Source of the DNA: Mantamonas sphyraenae STR306
Lineage: Eukaryota; Protista; CRuMs
DNA: 64,000 bases
Assembly: GCA_026936335.1 (NCBI GenBank)
Contig: JAPMXV010000052.1
Span: 502,063 to 566,062 of the forward strand
Reading direction: 5' to 3'
Position numbers and translations under genes: made by a program
Shown here: positions 33,186-45,654 of the stretch, piece by piece
How the letters are laid out: every line of letters starts with the position of its first letter
Position numbering within the stretch: position 1 is the first letter of the stretch
Notes under the pieces: generated by a model
Database searches by the model: none
Seen by the model: the letters and a program-made list of their open reading frames with translations, nothing else
What the model was told of the DNA's origin: nothing

Positions 33186-35917
33186 TCACTTCTTGAGCTG
33201 GTCGAGGGCGTTGGTGCTCTCGTACTGCTCGTACTGGTGGATCTTGTTTGCGACGAGGGACTTGAGCGGACCGAGGATGCGCTCAAAGGTGGACCGCTCG
33301 AGACGGAGGGCCACCACATCCTCTGTTGCGGTGACTGTGCATGCCCTGGGGTCGTTGGTGAGAAGAGCAAGCTCGCCAAAGTAGTCGCCTGCGCCGAGGC
33401 GGCCAACCACGTTGACCGAGTTTCCTTCCTCTTGGTCATTGCCCTGTGGGGCTTTGGTGCACACGACCTTGCCCGACTCGATGATGTACTGTGGGACAGG
33501 TGGTAGGTGGTGGGTGGTGGGTGGGCTGTTGTCAGTGGGGTGTGGTCGGTGGGGGGTAGGGTGTTTTGGGGGTTGGCACGACATACAAAGAATTCGCTGT
33601 TTGCAGCATCCATGCCGTCCCCTTCGTTGATGATGGCCTCGCCCTCCTTGAATTTCTGCTCTGTGAGGGCGTCGGCCAGTGAGTAACGCTCGTAGTTGTC
33701 GAGGCTCTCTGTAGGCGCGGAAAGGTTTGCGGTTTGTGGGGTGGGAGATGTGAGCGGACGTGGGTAGAGCAGGGTGGGTAGCAGGGGTGGAAACAGGCAG
33801 AGACAACATACCGAGGAGGGGCACCTTGTCGAGAAACTCCTTGTACTGGTCACGGCGCTGTTGGGTGGTGTTGAGGAGAATGTGCTTGTAGCTGAGCCTG
33901 TCGACTGCCCACAGGCGTGAATCCTCGACGGCTATGACGGTGGCGGCACGGGGAGTATCATACATGAGGGCCAGCTCGCCAAAGCTGTCTCCGTGGGAGC
34001 AGGTGAGCACCTTGACGGGCTCTGCGTCCCCTTGCTGGACAAAGATGTCGCACACGCCTGTGTCGACGACGTAAAAGTAGTCGCCCTCGTCGCCTGTGAA
34101 GGGTGGGTGGCGTGCCGGTGTGAGCAGGAGAGTTGTGGGGAGAGGGGGAGGGTAACCACGGGTGTACAGAGCAAGGGAACGTACCTTGACGGATGATGAC
34201 TGCATCCTTGTCAAACTTCTTCTCCACCATGGCGTTAAGGACTGCTGTGCGCTGCTCGTCGTCGAGGATGCGGATGAGAAAGTTGCCCGAGACCATTTCG
34301 CGCAAGCTCGCGAGCTCCTCCGAGCTCTTTGGCACGATCATGGGCTTGAAGTCGGCCTGTGGGAGTGTGCAGTGCAACATGGGTTGGGTTGGGCCGCGCG
34401 GTAGGTGTGGGGTCAGTTGTGCTGCGCCGTATGCAGTGTCGGAGAGAAGTGCAGCGAAATGGAAGGTCCAAAAAAAAAAGGAGGTGTCCCTTTTGTGTTG
34501 TGGCCAGGAAACGTCGGAATCGGCCAGGCGATTGTGGCGGGCTGGGAATGAATGGTCCAATGTGGGTTGGAGAGGCTGGGTGCAGTGTCACGTACCCTGG
34601 TCACACTCTCTGCAGAGACGCCCGAGCGGCGTTTCTTGGAGCCGGGACCCAACGGGCTTCGCAGGTGTCCGTTCTTTGCGTCGGCGTTCTCTGCAGCGAC
34701 GTCGTCGTCGTCGTCTGCCTCGAGGAGCTCCTTGAGGGTCTCGGAGGCACCGAGGGGCAGCAGGTCGAGCGGACGCATGCCGTCGTCGTTGTGGACACCC
34801 TTGAGGGCGCCGGATATCACGAGCTCTTGGCACATGGACTCGTGGCCGTATTTTGCGGCCAGATGGAGCGGGGTGTTGCCGTTTTCATCCCGCGTGTCGA
34901 GATGTTCCTTGTACTCACCGAGACGCTGGACGACATCACTCTGTTGACGAGGGGGGATGGGGTGCAGGAAGACCGAGACGGCAGGGAGTGTGTGAGTGTA
35001 AACAAAGGACGCACGCGGACATTCGGAAACGCAGGAAAACTCGGACCTGCGCCAGGGCCACAGGTCGCCAGGAGCAGGCGGTGCGCGTGGAGGCCTCGGC
35101 AGTCGGCCATGGAACATAGACGTAGAGAGTACACGGCAGGAGGGACATCTGGGCTGGGGCTGGGAAAGCGGCAGAAGAAGGAAGCAGCGGGTGGGGAACG
35201 GCCGCATCGAAAAAGTTGGGCAACGGTTTTTCGTGGCGAGACGTACAAGTTGGCAGCGCACAGCGTGGTGCAGGGGAGGGTTGACGATGCCACGTTCAAA
35301 CTCGCTGTCGGCGGCGTCGATCATACAGATGGCCTCGTGTTGTTGGCCCTGTGAAAGGTGTGAGGAGGAGAGTTTGAGCGCGGACTGGGATGGATCTCGA
35401 CTGCCGGGTAGAGGGACGGGAAAAAGAACAAAAACAAGGGCAGTTCCGCAAAGAGGTGTGGTGACAAACATACCTTGTCCATAGCATAGATGAGGGCGCT
35501 GATAGGTTTCTGGCCAGGAGCGACGGAGCACTCGATAAAGGGATCGACGTTGTCAACCTCGCAAAGCAACTGGATGCCGTTCGCGTTTTCGGTCTCGATG
35601 AAGAAGTGCAAGGCCGAGAGCTTGCGGCCGTCGTCGGTGTCCACGAGGGTATTCACGGGCAGGACAACGCCTGCGTCAAAGGCGTCGTCCAGTGCCGCAC
35701 TGTCGTCAGCCAGCACATGCCGGACAAACTCCTCGGTGCTCATCTGTGCGGAGGGAGAGGAGCCGCTCTCTCGACCGGACTTTTTGGCAGCGGCCGGAGC
35801 CGTGGCATGGTCGCTCTCCTCGGCCGCCGCCTGGTCTCCTGGGCTGAGGCTTTGGTTGCTCATGCCTGGGTTGGCCGCGGACTTGTCCTTTGCGGCGGTG
35901 GAGGTTCCACAGCCCAT
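33186..35917 (-). CDS. cAMP-dependent protein kinase regulatory subunit with N-terminal ankyrin repeats (multi-exon)
   Basis: MGCGTS acylation start; ankyrin GNTPLHLAAKYGH; inhibitor site KRRSGVSAES; two CNB domains with FGELALMYDTPRAATV and FGELALLTNDPRACTV; C-terminal FERILGP. Confidence 0.85.
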
Positions 35918-35994
35918 TGTCGCAAAAGGCAGCTGAGTGTTGGTTTTTGTTTGGCGACGCCGGGGCCAGGCAAAACTGGTCCCATCACCCAAGC

Positions 35995-37125
35995 ATGGAC
36001 GTGGTGTTTGAGCCCCTCACGCGAGAGGAGATGTTTGACATCGAGGAGGAGCTGGAGAAGAGGGATCCCGACGTGAAGCTGAAGGAACCTTGTAGGTTGC
36101 CAAAGCGGCGAGAATGTGCTGGAAGGGGCGCGAGGGCTTTGCTTGTCAAGGGACGCTGGAAGCTGACATGGACCTCATGGGCACTTGTGGATGTGTGTAT
36201 GTGTACATGTGTGGATGTGTGTGCGTGTGCGTGGATGTGATTTGTGTTTTCGTGTGTGCGTGTGTGCGTATGTGCGCGTGTGTGGGGTGCGGGCACGTAC
36301 GGAACCGGAAACCGCGCCGGTGCAGCGCCCAATGCGTGCGTATACTATCTGAGAGGCAACTGCAGGAACGGCACGCGATGCCCGTACCCGCACGAGAAGG
36401 GCTCGACTGTGGTGTGCAAGCATTGGCTACGCGGCCTGTGTAAAAAGGGGGAGAACTGCGAATTTTTGCACGAGTACAACCTGGAAAAGGTGAGTGTCGT
36501 CGAGGTCGACAGAGGGCCGAGAGCGCACAGGGGGAGGATGGTGGAGGGGCGGCAACTCACACGCAGCGGATCACGTACAAAGATGCCCGAGTGCTTCTTC
36601 TACAACACATACGGCGAGTGCAACAACGAAGAATGTTTGTACAAGCACATTGACCCGGACGACAAGGTGGTTATTTGTCCCTGGTACACAAGGGGCTTTT
36701 GCAAGCATGGCCCACGCTGCAGGCACAAGCATGAGAAGAAGGAAGCGTGCCAGGACTACCTGGACGGCCTGTGCCTGCTGGGACCAAACTGCGAGTTTGG
36801 GCATCCCAAGTACGAGCACCTGAGCGAGCAGGAGGTGGCTGAGCTGAGCAGCAACAGCAGAGAGCGCAACAAGTACCGCTGCCACAAGTGTGGCGAGTAC
36901 GGGCACAAGGGCGTGGATTGCCCAAGGACAATGGAGCTGGCGGAGGAATCATCGATGCAGCAGCGATCCAGCAGGCCTCCGCTCGAGTCGGTGCAGTGTT
37001 ACAAGTGTGGCGAGTATGGTCACTATGCCAACCACTGCCCAAACCCACGCAACGACTCTGTGCAGCGGCCACGCGTGCAGTTTACTGGCAACGGGATTCC
37101 TCGCGGGTTTCCAGGGTCAAGGTGA
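35995..37125 (+). CDS. CPSF4: Cleavage and polyadenylation factor CPSF30/Yth1
   Basis: VVCKHWLRGLCKKGENCEFLHEYN, MPECFFY and CPWYTRGFCKHGPRCRHKH, plus two C-terminal CCHC knuckles (CHKCGEYGH, CYKCGEYGHYANHC). Confidence 0.93.
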
Positions 37126-37302
37126 TGGGAGGAACAAGACGATGATGGAAGTGGGGATGTGAGAAATGGAAAACATGACGCACAAGATCTGGACAGAGAG
37201 AGTGAGAGTGAGTGAGAGAGCAGGGGAAGACAGTTGCGGGGCCGGGTTTCAATCAAAACTTCTTTGCATTGCTTGCTGACCACAGCGCGCCGAACGCCAT
37301 TC

Positions 37303-38605
37303 TTACGGCTCAGTGGTAGCCTTCTCCTCCGGCTGCGGGTTGACTTTGTTGTCGGCATTCTTGACAAAGCGCAGCTTCTTCTTGGGCTTCTCCTTGATGG
37401 GCACAGCCAAGGTAAAGAGAGCGCCAAACACAATGCCGACGTAGCTCCAGGCACCACCAAGTGCTGAGAACGCATCACCGGCAGTGTAGGCCGCATACTG
37501 GGAGCTGGTGGTCACAAAGAGCGACTCGGGGCGGAAGATCATCTGAGTGGGGTTCGGGTAGCTGGCCTGCTCGGAAGCAGAGACGCTGGAGCCGTAGATG
37601 ACGTCAAAGGTAGAGCTGATGGGCGCGGCCGCGTAGGTGTACAGCGAAGTGCCGTTGATGAGGCGTTCGCGCACAGTGCTTACGGTTGCGAATACGGCGG
37701 CCTTGTATGGCACCACAGAGATGGAGGCCTTGGACGGGCCCTCGGTTCGGTTGAACATGCCCAGGAAAACAAGGCGTGTCAACTCCACGTAGTCGTCAGC
37801 AGGCGGCGTGGGCGGCGTCTCCTTCACCGTGAACGAGAGGAACATCGAGTCCTTCAGCGACGTGGCCTTGAAGTGTGACAGCTCCGTGATCTCACCTCCA
37901 GCCGGCGGGGGCTTGCTTGTCATCGTCTTGGTGTCACCGTTGAAGATGAAGCTGTGGGGCCGTGCGAGCAATGTGTGAGCTCTGGAAGGATTGCAGTGGG
38001 CGCCTGAGTCGCGCGCAGTCTCGTCCTGTGCGTACGTACCATCCCTCAATCTTTTCTCCAGGGAAGATTTCCACAGAGGCGTTGACCTGTGTGGGGCAAT
38101 ACCGCTCCTTGCCCTTGGCGTCTGACCAGGTGCACGCGTGGCGGATCTCGTTCTCGTCCGTCTGGCTCTGGGCCCAGATGCGGAGTTGCGCGGTGCTGTG
38201 TGCAGGGAGGGCAACAGGATGACACAGGAGCGAGAAAAATGCAACAACAACACGTGTCGTTCGCGAGCGAGTCAGTACGTAGGAGGTTGGGCAATGCATG
38301 CCCCGTGTCAAAGGAACGCGTTTGTGCTTTTTTCCAACGGCTCTTTTGGCGCGTCGTAGCGGACAGGTTCACCATCTTGCAAAAACCTACGGGCCAAAGG
38401 GGCAAATGAAGAGGCCCGGGAATTCGAGCGTCGTCTCCTTGTCAAAGGAAAATCGAGAGGCAGGGCTCTCGTCTGCCTCCTGGACGCGGATGCCAAGGAT
38501 GACGGCGTATGTAATCATGCCAGCTGCTGCGCAGAGGACTGCCAGCATGTACACAATCTTGGAGGTTTTGTCCTGGAGACGGTCCCACACTTTGATTTCT
38601 TCCAT
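37303..38605 (-). CDS. Two-TM membrane protein with ENaC/DEG- or PAC(TMEM206)-like topology (multi-exon)
   Basis: TM1 [22 protein letters not shown], followed by ESPASRFSF...[10 protein letters not shown]; beta-rich ectodomain; pre-TM2 [12 protein letters not shown] then TM2 [13 protein letters not shown]. Confidence 0.55.
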
Positions 38606-38669
38606 GTTTGAACACTGGTGCGGTGGAATGGATTGCGTGTGTCGCCGCAAGCGCACCCATCCCATCCCA

Positions 38670-38862
38670 ATGAGCAAGCGAGGTCAGACGCGCAAGCGAG
38701 GCAGCAAACGCCAAGCTGGCGACAGCGTGGACGACCCGGAGTACACGAGCGTCGATACCAAGCGTCAGCGTGTGGACAAGCTGAGCAAGAAGCAGGCAAA
38801 GGCTGCCGCGAGCGTGAGCGGCGTGGTTGCCAAAGAGCAGCAAAGCCAGATTGCATCATCGT

Positions 38863-38894
<32 letters not shown>

Positions 38895-39859
38895 GCCAGC
38901 AGCAGCAGCGGGGCAACGTCCTCGGGCAAGGTGTCCATGCTGAAGCGCAAGCAAGACTCGCTTGCAAAACGGGAGGCCAAACGGCTTGCAGCAGGCAAGC
39001 GCAACATCAACGAGGAGACCGGAGAACCGAAGCTGGCAAAGACGTTGATGGAGAAGGAGACACAGCCACGGCTGATTGTGGTGCTGGAGAGGGCAAACCT
39101 GGAAGTGGGCAACGTGGGCCACAAATACGTCCTGCTCAACTGCGACGACCACGCCACATTCCTGCGCCGCAACCAGCGGGACCCTGCCGAACTGCGACCG
39201 GACATTGCACATCAGTGCCTGTTGGCGCTGTTTGATAGCCCGTTGAACAAGGCGGGGCTGCTGCAGGTGTATGTGCACACCGAGAAAGGCGTCCTTTTTG
39301 AAATCAACCCACAGACACGCATCCCACGCACATTTCGCCGATTTTCGGGCCTAATGGGTAAGTAGACACAGCATGCATGACGCATGTGCGCAGAGTTGGA
39401 GGCAGGCGTGGGCTACACGGCGCAAGAGCCTGTGGTGACAAGCCGACGGGAAAATCCGCACGGACGGACTGACGGAAACGCGCACGCACGCACGCACACA
39501 CAATCACGCCCACAGTGCAACTGCTGAACAAACTGAGTATCCGGGCATCGAATGGACCGGAGAAGCTGCTGCAGGTGATCAAGAACCCCGTGTCGCAACA
39601 CTTGCCGCTGAACTGCATTCGACTGGGCACGAGTTGCAAGTCGGAGAACCTGGTGCGCCTGGACGACTTTGTGGAAAAGATGCAGGCAGACGAGGCAAAC
39701 CATGGGCCGGTTGTGTTTGTGATTGGGGCCATGGCTCACGGAATGGTGGAGGTGGACTACGTGACGGACGAAGTGGCCATCAGCCAGTACCCGCTGAGTG
39801 GGGCGGCCGTGTGTTCACGCGTGTGCACAGCGTTTGAGCGTGCGTGGAAGGTTCTTTGA
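38670..39859 (+). CDS. EMG1: 18S rRNA pseudouridine N1-methyltransferase Nep1/EMG1 (intron 39358-39515)
   Basis: [52 protein letters not shown]|VQLL, IGAMAHG and ISQYPLSGA. Confidence 0.96.
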
Positions 39860-39931
39860 GGTGTGCAGTGCTGTGTGTTGCCAATCCATCATTCCCATCA
39901 TTTCAATCATGAGCGCGCTCGACATTCTCAT

Positions 39932-41947
39932 TCATTCCTCGGGCCCCACAATCTGTTTGTCCACTTTGCTCTTGACCACTTGGAACGCTGGCACGATCCA
40001 CTTGCCACAAGAGCATTGCATGCCTGACCACGTCCAGTCCCCAAGACGCGTGCTGCAGTTGGGACACTTGAGTTTGCTTTGGTTGAGCACAAGGTCGTTG
40101 GCCGGGATCCACTCGGGCTGCTCGACAAAGTAGGATGTGCACACGGTTTTGCGTGCGCCCATGTCTCGCTTGTGATACTTGAACGACGTCTGGCCCTCGC
40201 CTGTGTTGTGCTCGACCACGTCGCGTTCGTCAAACAGCCGCATGCGGCATCGGAAACACTTGTAAACCATGCCGCCTTCCCATGGGCTCTGTTCCTGTTC
40301 TTGCTGCTCGTCCAGCTCCACATCGTCGCCTTGTTCGTCGTCGTTCTGCTCGACACTCACGACTTTGAGCTGCTGCTGTTCCACGACGGCGCGGTATTCA
40401 GCCACGAGCTGGCTCAGGTCAAGGCTCATGGTGGAGTCCAGAGAGCTCTGGAGCACACCTGTGCGCTCCGAGTACAGCGTTTGTGGATACAGGCGCTGGT
40501 CGAGGTCCAGCTGGTCGATGGCATCCCTGTACATCTGCAACTGCTCCATGAAGCCGTCGTTGGGGTCTGCCTCGGGTCGGACTTGGCGCAGGGCAGCAAG
40601 GGCATCCTCGAGCTCCAAGTCTTGCATGCACATCATGTGTGCCAGAATAGCAGTGACGCTGCGGGAGACACCCGCCACGCAGTGGACAAGTACTCCGCCT
40701 GCGGCGCGGCCCATCTCGATGAAGCGCACCATCTTGTGCATGTGCTGCAGAAGATCCTGCTGGGCAGTGTCTTCGGCAGCAATCACACAGTATGTAAAGG
40801 CATCTGTGAATGCCGGCTCGATGGCGGCCACGGTCAGGATGTGTGTGACACCCACTGCCTGAAGCTCGTCACGTGCGCGCGACGCACCCACGTTGCCGAG
40901 ATACAGGGCGTCATCGACGCGGACCATTTCGACGACATTTTCCTTCTTGGCCATGCGCTTGCTGAGCTTCTTGCTGCGCTTGGCCATGGCCCGCTGCGTC
41001 TCAAGGACGAGGCGATGTTCAGGCCAAAAGACAGGGGTGCTGGCACTCTGCTCGACAATGCGTTGCATCATGTGCACCGCCTGGACAGTGCAAAGTCGGT
41101 GGACAAAGTCAGGCAGCAAGGCAAGATCCATGGGCACGCCCATGGGACCGGTGCTGCGGACGTAGTAGCGAGCGCCTTCACGCCTCTCGGGAACCCAGCC
41201 GCAGACAGTGTTGAGCACGTCGACAAGGGACACCCATCTATATGCCTTTTTACGCGCACCCAGGTCCACCTTGCCGACGAGGGTGTCGACCCAGGCCTGC
41301 TCGAGGGCGTCTGTGGAAACGTATGGCACGGGCACAAACCACATCTCGTAGCCGCCATCCCGCATCCAGTGCACCCCCTGCAGACGGGAACGTGTCGAAG
41401 GGCGCTGCACCTTGCCCTCGAGGCCGTCCGAAGCGATTCCGGCGCTGCTGGAGGCACCAGCGTCGTTGTCCTGCTCCTCTGCGTCGTCCTGCGGCTCGTT
41501 GTCATCAAGGACACATGCATCGCCCCAAGACTCACCGCGGAGGACACACTGCATGATGGCAGTGCTGTTTTGGACGGCCTGGGTGCTGGCCTGGCAGCCA
41601 CCAAACATGCCCAGTGTTTCTTCCGAGAAGTGCCTGCTTGCACAGGCAATGGCATCCTCGTCGGAGTCGTCCCACTCGCCGCCGCAGTCGCTCCATACCA
41701 GCACCTTGTTCTGCATCTTGTACACCTCGACCTTGTTCTTTTTCTTTTTCTCAGCCGCCTCTTGCTCCTCGCCCGAGTTGGGCTTTGTGTCCAGGGCTCG
41801 TGTGACGGGTTTGTACACAGCGCGTTCGGGCAGTTCCAGGCCGTCCTGGTGCTCCCCAGCAAGCAAGAGGCACACGTGACCGTGTACACGTGTGTAGCCT
41901 ACGATTCCAGCTCCTTGAATGCTGCTGTCTGTGCTCCGCGAGGACAT
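39932..41947 (-). CDS. DUSP12/Yvh1-type dual-specificity phosphatase with an N-terminal Nudix-like domain
   Basis: DSP loop VLVHCVAGVSRS and ADPNDGFMEQL; C-terminal zinc domain YKCFRCR...CPNCSTRLG...WSGMQCSCGKWIVPAF; N-terminal WSDCGG...ASRHFSEETLG. Confidence 0.85.
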   Translation of the reverse strand: MSSRSTDSSIQGAGIVGYTRVHGHVCLLLAGEHQDGLELPERAVYKPVTRALDTKPNSGEEQEAAEKKKKNKVEVYKMQNKVLVWSDCGGEWDDSDEDAIACASRHFSEETLGMFGGCQASTQAVQNSTAIMQCVLRGESWGDACVLDDNEPQDDAEEQDNDAGASSSAGIASDGLEGKVQRPSTRSRLQGVHWMRDGGYEMWFVPVPYVSTDALEQAWVDTLVGKVDLGARKKAYRWVSLVDVLNTVCGWVPERREGARYYVRSTGPMGVPMDLALLPDFVHRLCTVQAVHMMQRIVEQSASTPVFWPEHRLVLETQRAMAKRSKKLSKRMAKKENVVEMVRVDDALYLGNVGASRARDELQAVGVTHILTVAAIEPAFTDAFTYCVIAAEDTAQQDLLQHMHKMVRFIEMGRAAGGVLVHCVAGVSRSVTAILAHMMCMQDLELEDALAALRQVRPEADPNDGFMEQLQMYRDAIDQLDLDQRLYPQTLYSERTGVLQSSLDSTMSLDLSQLVAEYRAVVEQQQLKVVSVEQNDDEQGDDVELDEQQEQEQSPWEGGMVYKCFRCRMRLFDERDVVEHNTGEGQTSFKYHKRDMGARKTVCTSYFVEQPEWIPANDLVLNQSKLKCPNCSTRLGDWTWSGMQCSCGKWIVPAFQVVKSKVDKQIVGPEE

Positions 41948-42021
41948 TCTCGCGCAGAGTGTGGGGAGGGGTGCTGTTCTGTCTGCGGCGGCGCATCCAC
42001 ATCCCCATTGCATTTCTCATC

Positions 42022-43559
42022 ATGTCCACCAAAGACGGATTTGCAGCAGGGGGCGACGAGTACGACCCGTCGGTGTGGCAGAACACGCCGTGGCCGTTGA
42101 TGACCGAGAACGAGATCCACGTTGGAGCGTTGTGAGTGTTGCCAGAGCACGTTGGGGGAAGGAACACACAAAGACACCGCACTGACGCGAAGAGTGGTAC
42201 AGCACACCGAGTGACGTGACACAGGTGGCACGCGAGGCGTTGTCATCGTGGTTCGCGGGTGCGTCAAGGGAGGCGCGAATTCTGTGGTCGACAGAGGCTG
42301 GTGGGAGCGCCTACGACTTGGTGGTGACATCCATGGACTTGAGCGGGATCATTGCACGATGGGGATGCCCCATTTGGAAAGTTCACCGGCGTGGACTGGT
42401 CGTGGGAGGCATGCTGGGCCTTTCGGCCTTGCTGCAGCCGCAGGAGGAAGGATCGGAGTTGCCGTCGACAACCATTGATTTTACGGTGGACGGCATGAGC
42501 CTGATCCGAGTGAAGGAGGGCAACGTGTCGAAAGAAGAGGTGCGGTGGAATGATCTGGCGATGGACACAAAGGGGAACAAGTCGCTGGACTGGTTCGACG
42601 TCGACGAGGACCTGGACATGGTGGCGGAGATCTACAAGGCGTTGAAATTGTATCTTTGTGACGCAGTGGGTTCGTGCAAGGAGCTGGAGACAGAGGATGA
42701 GGAGGAAGTGAGCCGTCTCACCGGGTATGTGCCGCTTTCGGAGGAGGAGCGGGAGGCGGGCGTGCGCTGGCTGAAGTTTGTGTGCGTGAGTGACACGCAC
42801 AATCAGATGAAGGCGATTGATGTGCCAAGTGCAGACGTGTTGCTGCACGCAGGCGACTTTTGCGGGCGGGGAAGTCTGGAGGAGGTGGCCCAGTTTGATG
42901 CAGAGATGGGGAAGCTGCGCAGCCGGATCAAGCACCTGCTTGTGATTGCAGGGAACCACGACCGGGTCATGGAAAGCAAGCCAAAGGAGGCAGAATCACT
43001 TTTGACCAACGTAGAGTACCTGCGGGACCAGGAGTACGACGTGGAGGGGGTGCGGATCTGGGGCTCGCCTTGGCAACCTTGGTTCTTCGACTGGGCGTTC
43101 AACCTGCAGCGAGGCGAGGAGATTCGACAGGTGTGGGATTTGATTCCGCAGGACGGGATCGATGTGGTGGTGACGCATGGGCCGGCGCACGGACAGCAGG
43201 ACATGACGTCGGACGGCGTTGCAGCAGGATGCGAGGAACTGCTGGATGTGCTGGAGTCGATGGAGAAGAAGCCAGAGTTCCACGTGTTTGGCCACATTCA
43301 TGAGGCGTACGGAGTTTCGCACAACGAACACACGACGTTCATCAATGCGGCCAACGTGAATCTGCGCTACAAGGTTTCGCATCTGCCAGTCGTTTTCTAC
43401 GTCAAGAGCAGGCCAGGCGGGCACACGGGATTTGTGGAGCGTACCGCGGAGCAAGAGAAGGCGCTGGATGCGTTTGAGCGGAAGACGGGCATCACTCGCG
43501 AGGGGGTGGTTGCGAAAGAAGAGTTGCAAGAGGGTGGCCGGGGTTGCAAGCAGCAATGA
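42022..43559 (+). CDS. Calcineurin-like metallophosphoesterase, MPPED1/2-like, with N-terminal extension
   Basis: VCVSDTH, LLHAGD, IAGNHD, IWGSPWQP, VVTHGP and HVFGHIHE. A short first exon from 42022 ends at a GTGAGT donor. Confidence 0.9.
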
Positions 43560-43572
43560 TTGGTTGCATTCA

Positions 43573-45468
43573 TCACTGGTTCTTGGAAGAGTTGAGGCTC
43601 TGGTTCCAAACAATGTACTGCGGGTCGCCGAGGGGACGGAACTTGAACTTGTCGTAGACGGCAAAGATGATGCCAAAGATGACGCAAAGGCCGCCGACGA
43701 TGATGTAGGCGGTGCCGAGGAACGGGTTCTTGCCGCCGATCCAGGAGGTGGTGGACAGAATGATGGTCTTGGTTCCAGCAAAGTCCTTGACGTTGTACTC
43801 TGTTTGTGTGCGGAGGTGTGAGCGAGTGGAGGTGGAGTGGTGCGTGGCAGGAGGGGAAAACGCGGCCACAGCTCGGTCAGCATCCTGACAACAGATACAT
43901 TCCTCAGGGGGCATCTCCAAACAGAGTTCCCCAGTAGGAAGTCTAACATCGTAAAATTCCGCTTTCGTCATCATTCCGAGTGGGGGCAAAACGGCAAAAC
44001 GGGGTTGTGCGGCGAGGTGGGCGACGGGAAGCAGAGGCAACATACTGTTGTGGACGTTGATCTTGTAGGTGCCCTTCTTGAGATCCTGGTTGATGATCCT
44101 GTACAGCTTGCGGAACTTGGGCAGGCCGGCGGTGCGCATCCAAACAATGAAGTCCTCGTCCTCAAAGTTGGGGCGGTAGCCAAGGTCAGGCGGGTTGAGA
44201 CCCGGGGCGGAAGGGTTGTTCTTGAACTTGCTCTGGACATCCGAGGGCCACGCAATGCCCTTCTTGGTGAGCGGGATGCTGGTGCCGTCGAGCACCAGGT
44301 TCTCAAAGACGTCTGTGGATGAGCGTATGCGGAGGTGTAACCCGATGTGCAGGTGGGCAAGGGGTGGGCAACGGTGGTAAGCATATTGCGGCATGGGTGT
44401 GGGCCATGGTTGGCGGGTGGGAGGCCGGCAAAGACGCGTTATCCAAAAGGGCCCGAAAAAAAAACGCGCGGCGACAAACGGACCCGTGAAGAGAGAGTTG
44501 GCGACAAGACCGCAGGGATAGTAGAAGTTCTGGGGCTGGTTGCTCTCCTGCCCGTCGCGGGTGCGGAGAGGCTCACAATCCTCGAGGTCGGCATAGTTCT
44601 GCGCGAGTGTGTGCGTAAGGAGAGGGCGGGGAAGGGCCGGGTCCCCGGTCGAGAGTGAGCGATTTCCCGGATGCAGGCGCGCAAGCGTTCAAACGCGGGC
44701 GGAGCGAGCGGACGGGCTTTGCGGAGCAGAGGAGGGTTGTGGAGGGGCAGAATGTGGGCAGGCGGGCAAACGTACGGTGACAACCTCGCCAGAGAGCTGG
44801 ACGTCGTTGCGGCTCTTGACGTAGCGGCGATGGTTTTGGTAGAAGTTTGTGAGCTGGTAGTACATGTACACCGGCTTGGGCATGTCCTGCGGGACGACAA
44901 GGTCCAGCGTGCAGGGCGTGGAGCTGTTGGACCCCTGGAGGGGGCAGTTGTTGAGGTTGTCGTAGCGCAAAGGAGTGCTCTCGACGACCTGCGGGTACGG
45001 GCCGGGGCGAAAAAGCGGGCGGTTCGGAGTGAGCGAGAGGGTCGGGTGTTGGATTTGCGTCGAGACGCAGGTGCAGAAGCAGGTGGGCAGTGTGCACAGG
45101 CATCGGCCATGGGATGGGAGGTGGACCATGGAGACATACCGACTCGGAGGCGGCGAGCAGAACGCCACCAATGACACAGAAAACGACGCCGACGGCAAAG
45201 AGCGTGGGCACAACGGTGCGGCAGGTCAAAATCGGCTGCCAGGCGGGCAGGCGCTGCTGCTTGAATGCGGTGTCTTCGGGCTTGCGCGATCCTTCCTCGC
45301 CGTTCCTGTACGCGAGTGGATGGGGGTGAGGGTGAGCATGTGTGCGCTGCATGTGTGCGGCGGTTCAGGCGCGGGCGGGCGGACTGCGTTTTGGGGGAGG
45401 CGCGGTCTCATCGGCACTCACATCCTGGGGGGTTTTCTGGTTGGGCAGGGAAGGGCGGGCGGCGACAT
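43573..45468 (-). CDS. CDC50: CDC50/LEM3 P4-ATPase beta subunit (multi-exon; start approximate)
   Basis: KPEDTAFKQQRLPAWQP, YYQLTNFYQNHRRYVKSR, KKGIAWPSD, EDFIVWMRTAGLPKFRKLY and SWIGGKNPFLG. Confidence 0.93.
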
Positions 45469-45654
45469 CGTATTGATTGGTGGGGTGCATTGGGAGAACT
45501 GTGTTGATGGAGGAGGGAGGGATATGTGGTGGATGCCGATGTTGAGTGGTCGTGGTTGGGGGTGAGGAGGAGTGTGCGGAGGAGGAAGCCGCGCCGGCGG
45601 TGGCTGCGTTTGACACGCCAACCTTTTGCGCACGAGTCAGTGATTGAGCGAGAC

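Noticed and set aside
36190-36290. (GT)n/(CA)n-rich tracts in introns (also ~2960, 13185, 14030, 25900)
   Set aside because: Ordinary degenerate microsatellites common to introns throughout the window.
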